Assembly: GCA_028279505.1 (NCBI GenBank)
Contig: JANQNP010000067.1
Location: 9-64,008 of the forward strand
Direction: 5' to 3'
Length of the DNA: 64,000 nucleotides
Origin: Dehalococcoidia bacterium
GTDB taxonomy: Bacteria; Chloroflexota; Dehalococcoidia; UBA2979
Part shown: piece after piece, positions 17,401-27,596 of the stretch
Layout of the letters: each line of letters starts with the position of its first letter
How positions within the stretch are numbered: the stretch's first letter is position 1
Notes under the pieces: model-generated
Databases searched by the model: none
Seen by the model: the letters and a program-made list of their open reading frames with translations, nothing else
Told to the model about the DNA's origin: nothing
Made by a program: the position numbers and the translations under genes

Positions 17401-18579
17401 CTACGAGATCCAGTCAAAGCGCCGTCCGAGGCGCCCCACGACCCGCTCCGGCAGCGGCCGCTTGCGCCACGGCACCTCGGTCGCTGGCTCCCCGAGGAGA
17501 TCCCGCCCAAAGTCGCCGGCCGGATCGCGCCAGACCGAATGCACGTGGTTCGCGTGATCTTGGGTGTTGTTGTTCTCAATCAGCAGCCGCTCACCCCGGA
17601 TCCGAAAGTACGTCGCGCCCGCCGAATCCACCGGGCCGGCCCACGCGAACGACGGCGGCTCGCTGGCCGCGATCATCGTGCGATAGCCCGTCGCGACCTC
17701 CTCGGGGACCAAACCGGTGTAGTAGTCGACGATCCGCTGCAATCGATCAAGCGGCGCACCCGACAACTCGGCGCCGGCGACCCCATCCGGCTTGGCCGGC
17801 AACCGCAGCGCTTGATCGCCCTCGGCGCTCGCGCCCAGCTCCGCCCGCAGCTCGTCGCGCCATCGCACCCAGTCCGGCGTCAGCACGCCCCCGATCATCT
17901 CCGACGCCGTCCGAGGTTCATCACCCGGCGCCGCCACCGCGCGATTCGACGTCACGATGTCCGTCGGCGGCGCCGGCGCGATGATCGCCCGCGCCCGCTG
18001 TTCCGGCGACAACCCCTCGAGGAGTTCGACCGCCAGCGCGATCGGGAGCAGCGGCGCCGTCAGCACATCGTCGTTCGGCAGCGCCGGGCGCGCCGGGTGC
18101 AACCCGATGAACAGCGGCGTGCAGCTCACGAGGTCGCCCGACACCGTGTACCGCACCGACAGGTGATGACCCTCGAAGCGCCACCCCCACACGTCGGCCG
18201 TCGGGTCGCCAAAGATCGCGACCGCGTACCGCAGCGGGTCGCGCCCGCCAAGCCGCCGGCGACGCTGCCGCCACGACTCGTGCCGGTCGAGGAGATTCTC
18301 CAGCGCCATCGAGTGATTCGCGAGCGTGAACCCGCCCTCGGAAAGCCCGCTCGCGAGCAGCTGCAGCGCGAGCTGCTGCTGGCGCGGTCGCATCTGGTTC
18401 AGCGCGAGTCCGCGGCGCGGATTCGGCGTGTAGAACCAGCGCGCGCGCTCCTCGCGATCGGCGATGTCCACCGTCGCGCGGCGCCGCGAGATCCGCCCCA
18501 GGCTCTCCAGGAACGCGTGCGCCCGTGCCCGCATCGCCCGCACCGTCGGAGGCGCGCTGATTCCAGTCGTGGTCATCAC
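17401..18579 (-). CDS. DUF3500-family protein
   Basis: WRFEGHHLSV, FYTPNP and NNNTQDHANHVHSVWRDP are reminiscent of DUF3500 conserved His clusters. Confidence 0.6.
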   Translation of the reverse strand: MMTTTGISAPPTVRAMRARAHAFLESLGRISRRRATVDIADREERARWFYTPNPRRGLALNQMRPRQQQLALQLLASGLSEGGFTLANHSMALENLLDRHESWRQRRRRLGGRDPLRYAVAIFGDPTADVWGWRFEGHHLSVRYTVSGDLVSCTPLFIGLHPARPALPNDDVLTAPLLPIALAVELLEGLSPEQRARAIIAPAPPTDIVTSNRAVAAPGDEPRTASEMIGGVLTPDWVRWRDELRAELGASAEGDQALRLPAKPDGVAGAELSGAPLDRLQRIVDYYTGLVPEEVATGYRTMIAASEPPSFAWAGPVDSAGATYFRIRGERLLIENNNTQDHANHVHSVWRDPAGDFGRDLLGEPATEVPWRKRPLPERVVGRLGRRFDWIS

Positions 18580-18628
18580 GGCCGCCCCGCGAGGTAGCTG
18601 TCAGCACCCGTTCGCTAGATTGGCCTCC

Positions 18629-20272
18629 ATGCTAATCGACGCCCGCAGGCTGCCCGACGGGCACCAGCTCCAGGTCGACCTCTGCATCGTCGGCGGCGGC
18701 CCGGCCGGCCTCACCGTCGCCCACCAGCTCCGCCACACCCGCCTCTCGATCTGCATCGTCGAATCCGGCCCACCGAGGCCCGACCCCGCCTACGAGGCGC
18801 TGAACGACACGCGCGCCATCGAGAGCGACCTCGCGCCGCCCGTCGACACCCGCGCCCGCGCACTGGGCGGCACCTCCCACCGCTGGAACATCGTCTCCCG
18901 CCGCTTCCCCCGCGGCGTCCGCCTCCTCCCGTTCTCCCCCATCGACTTCGAGGCGCGGTCGTGGGTCCCGGACTCCGGTTGGCCATTCCTTACCGAGGAA
19001 CTACAACCGTTCGAGGTCCAGGCGCGCCGGATCGCCGGACTCCCGACTACACCTGACGCCCCGGAGGCCGCGTCCTCCCCGGAGCGGCCACTGCTCCCCC
19101 TTGCCTCCGACCGAGTGCGAACGACCGTCGAGTGGTTCACTCCCTCGCGACGGTTCTACGAGCAGCTCCCGCGCGCAGTCGGCGACCGCGACCAAGTCAC
19201 GATCCTCACGCACGCAACGGTGACCGCAGTGACGGCCAACAAAACCTCGACGGCCGTCTCCGGCGTCACGTTCCGCACGCTCGACGGGCGTGAGCGTTCG
19301 ATCGCGGCGCGGCGAGTCGTCCTCGCCGCCGGTGGCATCGAGAACGCGCGACTGTTGCTCGACTCCCGCGACCAACACCCAGCCGGACTCGGCAACGCCC
19401 GCGACCTCGTCGGCCGCTACTACATGGACCACCTGAAGCTGATGGCCGCAGACTTCATCCCCGCCGATCGAACGCTCTTCGATCGGATGGGCTTCTACGA
19501 CATCCACGACCGCGACGGAACGACCGCCGCCGGCAAGCTCCAGCTCACCGACGAGGCCCAACGCGACGGCCAGGTCCTCAACGCCGCCGTCCGGTTCGAA
19601 CCGCGACCGTCCGACGCCGTCGTCCAGGGCACGCTCGCGGCGCGCGAGGTCGCCTCGAACCTCAAGCGCCGTCGCCTCCCACGAACAGTGACCCGCGATA
19701 TTCTCGAACACCCCCGCGCACTGCCGGCACTCGCTACACTCGGCCTGGAGCTCGCGGCGCGCCAGCGCCGCGCCATCCCATCGCTGACCGACGGCTGGTC
19801 CCGCCTCGGCCGGCCGTCCCGCCACCTCGAGCGATTCGTGCTCGAGCTGCAGATCGAACTGGCCCCCGACCCCTCGAACCGCGTCACACTCACCGAGGAA
19901 CGCAACGCCCTGGGCCAGCGCCTGCCCGCCATCTCCTGGCGCTGGAGCGACCTCGAGCGCCGCACCGTCACCGAGACCACCCACGAGCTGGATCGCGCCT
20001 TCGCCCGTGCCGGCCTAGGCTCCGTCCACCTCCGCGCGCCCGAAGACATCGAGGAGCTCACCCCCGCCGGCGACAACCACCCGACCGGCACGACGCGCAT
20101 GCACCGCGACCCGGCGCGCGGCGTCGTCGACGAGCACGGCCGCGTACACGGCATCGACAATCTCTACGTCGCCGGCAGCTCGGTCTTCCCCACCAGCGGG
20201 TACGCCAACCCCACGCTCACGATCCTCGCCCTCGCCGCGCGCCTCGCCGACCACCTCGCACGCTCGGACTAG
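18629..20272 (+). CDS. GMC-family FAD-dependent oxidoreductase
   Basis: N-terminal DLCIVGGGPAGLTVA (FAD GxGxxG); C-terminal GTTRMHRDPARGVVDEHGRVHGIDNLYVAGSSVFPTSGYANPTLT (GMC signature 2 region). Confidence 0.85.
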   Translation: MLIDARRLPDGHQLQVDLCIVGGGPAGLTVAHQLRHTRLSICIVESGPPRPDPAYEALNDTRAIESDLAPPVDTRARALGGTSHRWNIVSRRFPRGVRLLPFSPIDFEARSWVPDSGWPFLTEELQPFEVQARRIAGLPTTPDAPEAASSPERPLLPLASDRVRTTVEWFTPSRRFYEQLPRAVGDRDQVTILTHATVTAVTANKTSTAVSGVTFRTLDGRERSIAARRVVLAAGGIENARLLLDSRDQHPAGLGNARDLVGRYYMDHLKLMAADFIPADRTLFDRMGFYDIHDRDGTTAAGKLQLTDEAQRDGQVLNAAVRFEPRPSDAVVQGTLAAREVASNLKRRRLPRTVTRDILEHPRALPALATLGLELAARQRRAIPSLTDGWSRLGRPSRHLERFVLELQIELAPDPSNRVTLTEERNALGQRLPAISWRWSDLERRTVTETTHELDRAFARAGLGSVHLRAPEDIEELTPAGDNHPTGTTRMHRDPARGVVDEHGRVHGIDNLYVAGSSVFPTSGYANPTLTILALAARLADHLARSD

Positions 20273-20330
20273 CGAGGCCCACCGCCCTTCCGAGGTACCC
20301 GGCCCCTCCGAGGCGTGCGCGCCGGCCGAC

Positions 20331-20834
20331 TCACGCGCTCGCGAACGCCCCCTGGTAGTGCATCTGCAGCGCCTCGAAGTGCTCGTCGCTGTCCACCTCC
20401 GCCGGCACACTCCCGGCGAGATGCGTCGCGAGGCGGTCGAGGTGCCAGTGCCACCCTGCCGCGAAATCGGGATTCGAAGCATCCGGCAACAGGTGATCGA
20501 AGGTGAGCCGGGTCCCGTCGCCGTCCTCAGTCAGCTCGAACCGGATGCGCCACGGCATCTCGGTGTCCGCGCCCCACTCGTACTCCAGCACCGACGGCTC
20601 GTCCCAGACCAGGACGGTCCCATCCGCCGAGCCGGCCTCCCCATAGTCGAAGCGCACCGCCCCGCCCGCCCGCGGTTCGAACTCCGAGCGGAACGCCCAG
20701 CGCGCCGTCCGATCCGGGTCGGTGATCGCCGACCACAGCTCGGCCCGCGACACCGGGAAGTAGCGCGAGAAGCGGACCGCCTGCCGCCCTCCGAGGTCGA
20801 TCAAGCTCCCATAATCGTCGCGATCGTCAGGCAC
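20331..20834 (-). CDS. SRPBCC / Aha1-domain protein, cassette 3
   Basis: SRAELWSAITDPDRTARW..., AAGWHWHLDRLATHL; GTG at 20834-20832, 2 nt after the ArsR stop. Confidence 0.8.
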   Translation of the reverse strand: MPDDRDDYGSLIDLGGRQAVRFSRYFPVSRAELWSAITDPDRTARWAFRSEFEPRAGGAVRFDYGEAGSADGTVLVWDEPSVLEYEWGADTEMPWRIRFELTEDGDGTRLTFDHLLPDASNPDFAAGWHWHLDRLATHLAGSVPAEVDSDEHFEALQMHYQGAFASA

Positions 20835-21198
20835 CCTGGCTCCTCCGCTCGCCTCGCCGTCGAGGCGCTGTTCTTGTCGCACGACCGCGGCGGACCCGCC
20901 TACCGCGCCGCACCTCCGTATCGAGGGCATCGAGCCGGCTGTTCCAGAACGCACGGATCGGCGCCAGCCACCGGTCGATCTCCATCAACGCATCCGCCTC
21001 GAGTCGATAGATCTGCCGCTGCCCGTCGCGGGTCGCCGACACCAGCCCGCCCTCCCGGAGCGCCCGCAGATGCCGAGACACCCCCGGACGCGCGATCTCG
21101 AAGTGCGCCGCGATCTCCCCCGCCGACAGCTCGCCCTCCGTCAGCAGTTCGACAATCCGCCGGCGGGTCGGATCGGCAAGCAACGCGATCGCGTCCAT
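20827..21198 (-). CDS. ArsR/SmtB-family transcriptional regulator, cassette 3
   Basis: IALLADPTRRRIVELL...GEIAAHFEIARPGVSRHLRALREGGLV. Confidence 0.85.
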   Translation of the reverse strand: MDAIALLADPTRRRIVELLTEGELSAGEIAAHFEIARPGVSRHLRALREGGLVSATRDGQRQIYRLEADALMEIDRWLAPIRAFWNSRLDALDTEVRRGRRVRRGRATRTAPRRRGERRSQGA

Positions 21199-21206
21199 AC
21201 CAGAAG

Positions 21207-21224
21207 CGTACCCAAATTGGTACG
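21207..21224. promoter_or_regulatory. 18 bp palindrome CGTACC-CAAATT-GGTACG, 9 nt upstream of the ArsR-3 start; candidate operator
   Basis: Seen in sequence. Confidence 0.4.
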
Positions 21225-21274
21225 TAACGCAAGTAGTACATATCAGTCATTGTCGAGACAGGTGAGCGAGGCCG

Positions 21275-21956
21275 TCAGCCCTCGTCGAGAGCCGACAGCC
21301 ACTCCGACCAGTACCCCTGCCAATCCTCCACCTCGGATGGCGATGCCAGGCGCTGGTGCTGCACCGTCACCTTGGTCCGGCCCCCGCTCGCCTCGCCGAT
21401 CGAGATCAGCGCGACGCCCGAACCGATCGCGATCCGAATCCCCTTCGAGGTCGGTCGAGACCGCAACTCGGTCGCGAGCCCCGGGAGCAGGTCCGCGCGG
21501 TCGTCATCCTCAAGGAGCCACGACCGCAGAGCGCCCCCATCGACGGACACCGTCCGCGAACGATTCACATTGAAGGTGCCATCCGGGCTCTGGTGAGGGA
21601 GCCGACGACCCGTGATCCGCTCGTAACCGACCGTCACCGTCTGGGCCCACCACCCATCGACGGCATGCTCACTTTCGAGGTACCCAGCGATCGCCGCGTG
21701 GCCCTCGCTGCGCCCGGGCCAGGCGTCGATCAGGTCGCACCACTCGTCCCATGCGCGGCCGGTGGCGGCGCGCACCGCCTCGTCGCTCATCTCCGGCTCG
21801 GCGGCCCGTTGGCGGACAGCCACTTCCGAGGGCAGGCGATCAGCGGTCGAGTCGGTGCTCTGGTCGATCAGGACGCGCCGTGCGGCGCCGTAGCGTTCAC
21901 CGGTCTTCGCCATCCGCGCGCGGATCCGGCGCTTGAAGCTCTCGTGCTTGGTCATG
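21275..21956 (-). CDS. Hypothetical protein (basic N-terminus MTKHESFKRRIRARMAKTGERYG; Trp-rich C-terminal domain)
   Basis: ATG at 21956-21954; the upstream part of the long ORF would overlap ggt. No confident family assignment. Confidence 0.5.
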
Positions 21957-22247
21957 CAACGATCTCCCGTGTCAGGCGTGCACGACCGGCGACCCGCGCT
22001 CACCGACGCGCACGAAGACACGTCGTTGTCAGACCATCGCCGAGCACTCGTGGTCCCCTTGGCCCTCCGGGTCGACAGCGCGGGCGTCGATGAGAGGGTC
22101 TGGCGTGGCGATCCGCCGTCGCCAGCATAGCGAAGCGCTGCCACGTGGAGCGCCCTTCGCGGGCCGCTGGCGAGCGGACGGCGCGGCAGGCTGCCGCTAG
22201 CATTCGGCTCCGAATGAGTCGCGCGAGCGAGAGAACCGAGGCCCCCG

Positions 22248-23975
22248 ATGACGACCACCCTCCCCGGCACCGCCACCGGCCGAGGCCGCCACGACTTCCC
22301 GACGGTGAAGCAGCCCGCGGTCGGGTCGAAGGGCATGGTCACCTCCAACCACCCGCTCGCCTCGCTCGCCGGCACCGAGGTCCTCGTCAACGGCGGCAAC
22401 GCCGTCGACTCGGCGATCGCGACGATGTTCGCGCTCACCGTCGTTGAGCCGATGATGGTCACCATCTTCGGGGCCGGCTTCGTCAACATCCGCATGGCCG
22501 ACGGCACCGCCGTCGTCATCGACAACTACGCCACCGTCCCCCACGCCGCGACGCCCGACCTCTTCGACCCGATCCCGCCCGCGCACAACCACGAGGTCGA
22601 AGGCGACCTCAACGCCCTCGGCCACAAGGCCGTCGCCGTCGGCGGCACGCTCCTTGGTTGGTGCACCGCCGTCGAGAAGTTCGGCCGGCTCCCGCTCGCC
22701 GACGTCATGGCGCCCGCGATCCGCTTCGCGCGGCACGGCTTCCGCGTCAGCCCCTACCTGAACAACATCATCACGCTCGAGCTGGAGGGCATGCGCCGTT
22801 TCGAGGACACGGCCAAGGTCTTCCTCAGGGACGGCGACCCGCCCGGCGTCGGCGCCACGATCGTTCGCGAGGAGTACGCCGACACCCTCGAGGCCATCTC
22901 CACCTCCGGCGCCGAGTACCTCTACCACGGCCCCCTCGGCCGCGCGATCGCCGACGACATGGCCGCGAACGACGGCCTGATCACGATGGACGAGATCGAG
23001 GACTACGAAATCTTCGAGCGGCCACCGGTCCGCGGCTTCGTCCGCGGCCACGAAATCGTCGCCCCGCCTCCGCCCAGCTCCGGCGCGACCCACATCATTC
23101 AGATGCTCAAGATCCTTGATCACTTCCCGATCGCCGAGATGGGCTTCGCCTCACCCGACTACACCCACCTGCTCTCCGAGGCGATGAAGATCGCCTTCGC
23201 CGACCGAACCGAGTTCATGGCCGACCCGGCAACCGCCGACATCCCCCTCGACTGGCTCACCTCCGACGAGTACGCAGCCCAGCGTGCCGACGAGATCAGC
23301 CTCGACCAATCCCAGGACTACGCCCCGACGATCCCACCCGACCGCGAGCACACCTCCACCACTCACTGCTGCGCGATCGACGAGAATGGCAACGTCGTCG
23401 CGACCACCAACACGCTCCACTACGGCTTCGGCTCGAAGGTCACCGTCCCCGGGACCGGCATGCTGCTCAACAACAACATGCAGCTCATGGATCCGATCCC
23501 CGGCCGCACCAACTCGATCGCCCCGGGCAAGCGCATCCTCTCCTCGATGTCGCCGCTGATCGTGCTCAAGGACGACCAGCCGTTCATGGCCCTCGGCACC
23601 CCCGGCGGGCTGCGCATCTTCGGCGCCGTCGCTCAGGCGGTGGCCAACGTCATCGTGCACGGCATGACCCTCCAGCAGGCAATGGAGGCACCGCGCATGT
23701 GGGATCGCGGCCTCGGCCTCGAGTTGGAACAGGGGTTCGAGGTCTTCGGCGGTTTCGAGGCGCTCTCGTCCGACCTCGCCGGCCGCGGTCACGAGATCCA
23801 GCAGGTCTACAAGGTCGCCGGCGGCATGAACGGCCTGATGCGCGACCCGGAGACGGGCCTCTTCATCGGCGCCGCCTGCTGGCGCGCCGACGGCGCGCCG
23901 ATGGGCTACTCGGGCGGCGACGGCCTGATCCAGGCCGGCGACACCATAGATGCCATGCGCCGGACCTCCGGATAG
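22248..23975 (+). CDS. ggt: Gamma-glutamyltransferase
   Basis: GGNAVDSAIA, catalytic-Thr region TTHCCAIDENGNVVATTNTL, GSKVTVPGTGMLLNNNM, SSMSPLIV. Confidence 0.9.
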   Translation: MTTTLPGTATGRGRHDFPTVKQPAVGSKGMVTSNHPLASLAGTEVLVNGGNAVDSAIATMFALTVVEPMMVTIFGAGFVNIRMADGTAVVIDNYATVPHAATPDLFDPIPPAHNHEVEGDLNALGHKAVAVGGTLLGWCTAVEKFGRLPLADVMAPAIRFARHGFRVSPYLNNIITLELEGMRRFEDTAKVFLRDGDPPGVGATIVREEYADTLEAISTSGAEYLYHGPLGRAIADDMAANDGLITMDEIEDYEIFERPPVRGFVRGHEIVAPPPPSSGATHIIQMLKILDHFPIAEMGFASPDYTHLLSEAMKIAFADRTEFMADPATADIPLDWLTSDEYAAQRADEISLDQSQDYAPTIPPDREHTSTTHCCAIDENGNVVATTNTLHYGFGSKVTVPGTGMLLNNNMQLMDPIPGRTNSIAPGKRILSSMSPLIVLKDDQPFMALGTPGGLRIFGAVAQAVANVIVHGMTLQQAMEAPRMWDRGLGLELEQGFEVFGGFEALSSDLAGRGHEIQQVYKVAGGMNGLMRDPETGLFIGAACWRADGAPMGYSGGDGLIQAGDTIDAMRRTSG

Positions 23976-24185
23976 GCGCTCCGTGACAGCACTGTGCCGA
24001 ACCTCCGGCTAACCACCGCCTCTCGTCCGATCTCCGGCTCGCCGAGGCGAATCACCCCCGCGGAGGGAACCGTGAGCCGTTCGGAGCCCTCAGATTCCCC
24101 TTCCGCCCCGCAAGGCTGGGACCTCCGACACTGCTAAACATCCTCTGCCGGTGTGAGGCTGATCCGCAGAACGGAGGAGCCGCTC

Positions 24186-24743
24186 ATGCCGGAACTCGCC
24201 CTGATCTACACCACCCGCGAAGGCCAGACCGCGAAGGTCGCAGAGCGAATCGCCGAGCGGTTCCGCGCCGCCGGCTCGAACCAGGTCCAGGCGTTCACCG
24301 TCGCCGAGGCGCCACGTTCGATCGCCAACTTCGACGCAATCGCGATCGGCGGCTCCGTGCACTTCGGGCACTACGAGAGCGACCTGGTCACCTTCGTGAA
24401 GCGGCACGGCAACGAACTCGCCGCCCGCCCTTCCGCCTTCTTCTCCGTCAGCGGATCCGCTGGCTCGGACGTCGAGCCTTACGCCAGCGAGTCAGCTGGG
24501 TACGCCAGCGAATTCGTCGACGCGACCGGCTGGAACCCAGACGTCGTTGGCATCTTCGCCGGCGCCATCAAGTACACCCGCTACGGCTTCATCAAGAAGC
24601 GCGTCATGCGCCACATCGCCGGTCGCGAAGGCGAGCCAACCGACATCTCCCGCGACCACGAGCTCACCGACTGGGACGACGTCGACGCCTTCGCCGACGA
24701 CATCCTGCGCCACCTCGCCCCGGCCACGACCGGCGCCACCTAG
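24186..24743 (+). CDS. hemG: Flavodoxin-like menaquinone-dependent protoporphyrinogen oxidase (HemG family)
   Basis: LALIYTTREGQTAKVAERIA, IAIGGSVHFGHY, GAIKYTRYGF and LTDWDDV parallel E. coli HemG. RBS GGAGGAG lies 5 nt before the ATG. Confidence 0.75.
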   Translation: MPELALIYTTREGQTAKVAERIAERFRAAGSNQVQAFTVAEAPRSIANFDAIAIGGSVHFGHYESDLVTFVKRHGNELAARPSAFFSVSGSAGSDVEPYASESAGYASEFVDATGWNPDVVGIFAGAIKYTRYGFIKKRVMRHIAGREGEPTDISRDHELTDWDDVDAFADDILRHLAPATTGAT

Positions 24744-25852
24744 ACCGAGCGGAAGAACGCCCCCAGCCGCTCGGCGATCACCCCAGCCTGCGCCTCGCTC
24801 ACCTCTCGAGGATCGACGAGCACCACCCCGTCATCGAGGTGGTGGTTGCGTGTGCGAATGCTCGGCGACCCACCTTCGAGGAAGGCGACCAGCTCGCGCA
24901 CCTCGAACGCCCCGTCTGCCGCCCGGATCGCCACCCGTTCGATCGGCCGCCCCGCCTCGTCGCCGCGAATCGACGCCTCGACGGCGTCGACGCCTTCGAG
25001 CGCCGCGCACACGATCGCGTTCACCCGTCGCCGCCGCTCCAGCTCCGCGGCCTCGTCCTGCGATTCGTACCGTTCGAGGGCAACCAGCAGTCCGAGGATC
25101 TGCTCCTTGCCAACCTTCATCGGCCGCGCGATCCCGCGCGTCTGCGCCTCGCACGCCTCGATCAGGTCGCGCCGCCCGGCGATGAACCCGACCGTCGGCC
25201 CGCCGAACGCCTTCCCGCCGGAGTAGGCGACCAGGTCGCAACCCATCGCCACGTAGCGGCGAAGGTCCTCCTCGGCCGCCGCGTCGACCAGCACCGGCAC
25301 GCCCGCGGCATGCGCCAGCTCGATGCAACGTTCCAGGCCGACCATCCGCTCCTGCACGGAATGGTGCGACTGCACGTACATCAGGGCCGCCACCGGCGTG
25401 CCGTCCGCGAGCGCTCGCGCGAGCAGCTCCTCGGGCACGTTGTTCACCGAGCCGACTAGCTCCGGCCGCCCGCCTCCGAGGCGGATCATCTGTTCGACGG
25501 GTGCGCCGAAGTTGATCCAGTGGCCGCCCTGCACCAGCACCCGGTTCGTCCAGCCCTCGGAGTCCGGCAGCCGCGCCACCCGGTCCGGGTCCGCACCCGC
25601 CACCACCGCCGCGGTCGCGATCACGACCCCGGCCGCCGCCCCGGTCGTCACGCTCGCCGCCTCGGCCCCCGTGCGTTCCGCGATCAGCTCGCCGGCCCGC
25701 GCCCGCAGCGAAGCCAGGTCCACGTGCGAACCGGCCGCCTCGGCCTGAGCCTGCGCGACGTCTGGGTGCTGCGCCGTCCCACCGAGGGCGGTCAACTTGC
25801 CGGCGGCGTTGATCACCGGCGTCGCACCGAACTGCTCGTAGACGTTCGCCAT
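24740..25852 (-). CDS. SelA-like PLP-dependent enzyme (short SelA/DgaE-type, about 370 aa; lacks the N-terminal extension of true SelA)
   Basis: TPVINAAGKLTALGG and the PLP-Lys region SGGKAFGGPTVGFIAGRRDLI resemble the SelA family (SGDKLLGGPQAG). Confidence 0.75.
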   Translation of the reverse strand: MANVYEQFGATPVINAAGKLTALGGTAQHPDVAQAQAEAAGSHVDLASLRARAGELIAERTGAEAASVTTGAAAGVVIATAAVVAGADPDRVARLPDSEGWTNRVLVQGGHWINFGAPVEQMIRLGGGRPELVGSVNNVPEELLARALADGTPVAALMYVQSHHSVQERMVGLERCIELAHAAGVPVLVDAAAEEDLRRYVAMGCDLVAYSGGKAFGGPTVGFIAGRRDLIEACEAQTRGIARPMKVGKEQILGLLVALERYESQDEAAELERRRRVNAIVCAALEGVDAVEASIRGDEAGRPIERVAIRAADGAFEVRELVAFLEGGSPSIRTRNHHLDDGVVLVDPREVSEAQAGVIAERLGAFFRSV

Positions 25853-25978
25853 CCGCGCGCCCTGCCGCTCACCCCCGGGTCAGCCCAGTGTGCCCGGATC
25901 CACCAGCCGTCGCGATCAGGGAACGCCAACGGCGGACACAACGCCCACGCGGGGTGACCAACGAGGAGAGAGCGCCCG

Positions 25979-27385
25979 CTACGCTGCCTCGCGCTCCGGT
26001 TCGTCCGTGGCGCCCGCGTCCAGCTCGGCGAGGTGCGCGCGGAACTGCGACATCTCCTGCGCGATCCCCTCGGCCCGCTTCCGGTCCGACTTGAACGACA
26101 CGTCAGCGATCTGCAGCAGGTCATCCACCTCCGTGCGCGCCGTGCCGATCTGCTCGCCGATCGAGTTGAACACCGTCAGGATCCCGCTCGTGCTCGGCAG
26201 GTGCACCGCCTCGATCCGGCCGTTCACCTCCAACGCCCGCATCAGCGACAGGTCCTGCCGCAGATACTGGACGTAGCGCCGCACCGCGCGGATGTGCTCC
26301 TCAACCTCATCGAGGGCCGCCGAGAGCCGCCCGACGTTCCCCAGCACGCACTCCGACAGCGCCGTCATGTTGCTCAGCCCGGCGGCGTGATCGCCCCCGT
26401 CCTCCGCCAGCTCCTGCGCAAAGACCATCGCCATCTCGGACTGGAGCTTCGTCCCCGCGATCACGAACAGAATCTCGCCCAGCGCCCCCGTCACCGCCGT
26501 GATCGACTCGTCGATCAACTTGAACGTCGGCTCGCTCCGCTCCGAGTTCGATCGCAGCAGCCCCGCCACAGCGGACAACGCCGCCCCGGCCGTTCCCGCC
26601 CGCGCCGAGGCGAGCAGCGCGTTCAGCGAGAACAGCCCGACGTCCCCCGACAGACCGAGGATGTAGTCGGCCTTGTCGGTAAGCTTCGGCCCGAGCTGGA
26701 CGTACGCCTCCAGGTTGAGCAGCTGGTCGACGTAGTCGTTCACCAGCGCGCTGGAATCGAGCAGCGAAACGATCGTCGGATCCGCACCCGGCGCGATCGA
26801 ACCCAGCCGTTCGCGCGCCGGCGCGCCAAGCTCCGCGTCCCGCCCCTGGATCTCCGCCGGTAGCGCGGTGTGCATGAACGCCTGGTAGCTGTTGAACCCC
26901 GCCTCGACCAACAGCTCCCCGAGCCGTGCCGTCGACGCCTCGATCGCCGGCTTCCGGTCGCGGACGTTCTCGCGCTCGATCGCCTGCTCCACCTCGAGCA
27001 GCTCGCGATAGATCGACTGCGCCGCCTCAAAATAGGCGGTAGACGGCTTCAGCCGCACCGAGAGATACCCGCGCTCGATCGGCACCACCGTCGCCATCAC
27101 CCAGTAGTAGGCGCCGTCCTTCGCCCGGTTCTTGACGTAGGCCGCGATCGGCCGTCCGGCCTCAATCTCGTCCCACAGCAGTTGGAACACGCAGCGCGGC
27201 ATGTCTGGGTGGCGAATGATGTTGTGCGGTGCGCCCACCAGCTCCTCGTCGGAGTAGCCGCTGATGCGCGTGAAGACCTCGTTGCCCGAGAGAATCAGGC
27301 CCTTGAGATCCGTCGTGGAGAAGAACAGCTCTTCGATCTTGAACGGACGCTCAACCGACCGAACCATCGACCCTTGATCGCCCAT
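25979..27385 (-). CDS. Soluble Aer-like chemoreceptor: N-terminal Aer-type PAS domain plus a methyl-accepting signalling domain, no TM segments
   Basis: PAS: FTRISGYSDEELVGAPHNIIRHPDMPRCVFQLLWDEIEAGRPIAAYVKNRAKDGAYYWV closely parallels E. coli Aer. MCP signalling region: LFSLNALLASARAGTAGAALSAVA. Confidence 0.85.
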   Translation of the reverse strand: MGDQGSMVRSVERPFKIEELFFSTTDLKGLILSGNEVFTRISGYSDEELVGAPHNIIRHPDMPRCVFQLLWDEIEAGRPIAAYVKNRAKDGAYYWVMATVVPIERGYLSVRLKPSTAYFEAAQSIYRELLEVEQAIERENVRDRKPAIEASTARLGELLVEAGFNSYQAFMHTALPAEIQGRDAELGAPARERLGSIAPGADPTIVSLLDSSALVNDYVDQLLNLEAYVQLGPKLTDKADYILGLSGDVGLFSLNALLASARAGTAGAALSAVAGLLRSNSERSEPTFKLIDESITAVTGALGEILFVIAGTKLQSEMAMVFAQELAEDGGDHAAGLSNMTALSECVLGNVGRLSAALDEVEEHIRAVRRYVQYLRQDLSLMRALEVNGRIEAVHLPSTSGILTVFNSIGEQIGTARTEVDDLLQIADVSFKSDRKRAEGIAQEMSQFRAHLAELDAGATDEPEREAA

Positions 27386-27596
27386 GCGCACGCCTCGCTG
27401 GTTCCAACTCGCCTCCCAGCCCGGCGCCGCACGCGGAGCATCTCCGTCGCACGGATCGAGACCCGCCCGGATTCTCGCGGCCGGCGTGGCCACGACAGAT
27501 CAGGGTTGCCCCCTGCGAGGGCGCTCGTGAGCGTGTGGTGTCCGTACGGTGAGCGAAGGAACGAGGAGTCGGCAACCCGTCGCGACGCACCTGACC

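Noticed and set aside
24740-25852. Calling this gene selA (selenocysteine synthase)
   Set aside because: At about 370 aa it lacks the roughly 90 aa N-terminal domain of authentic SelA, and it fits the SelA-like/DgaE group better.
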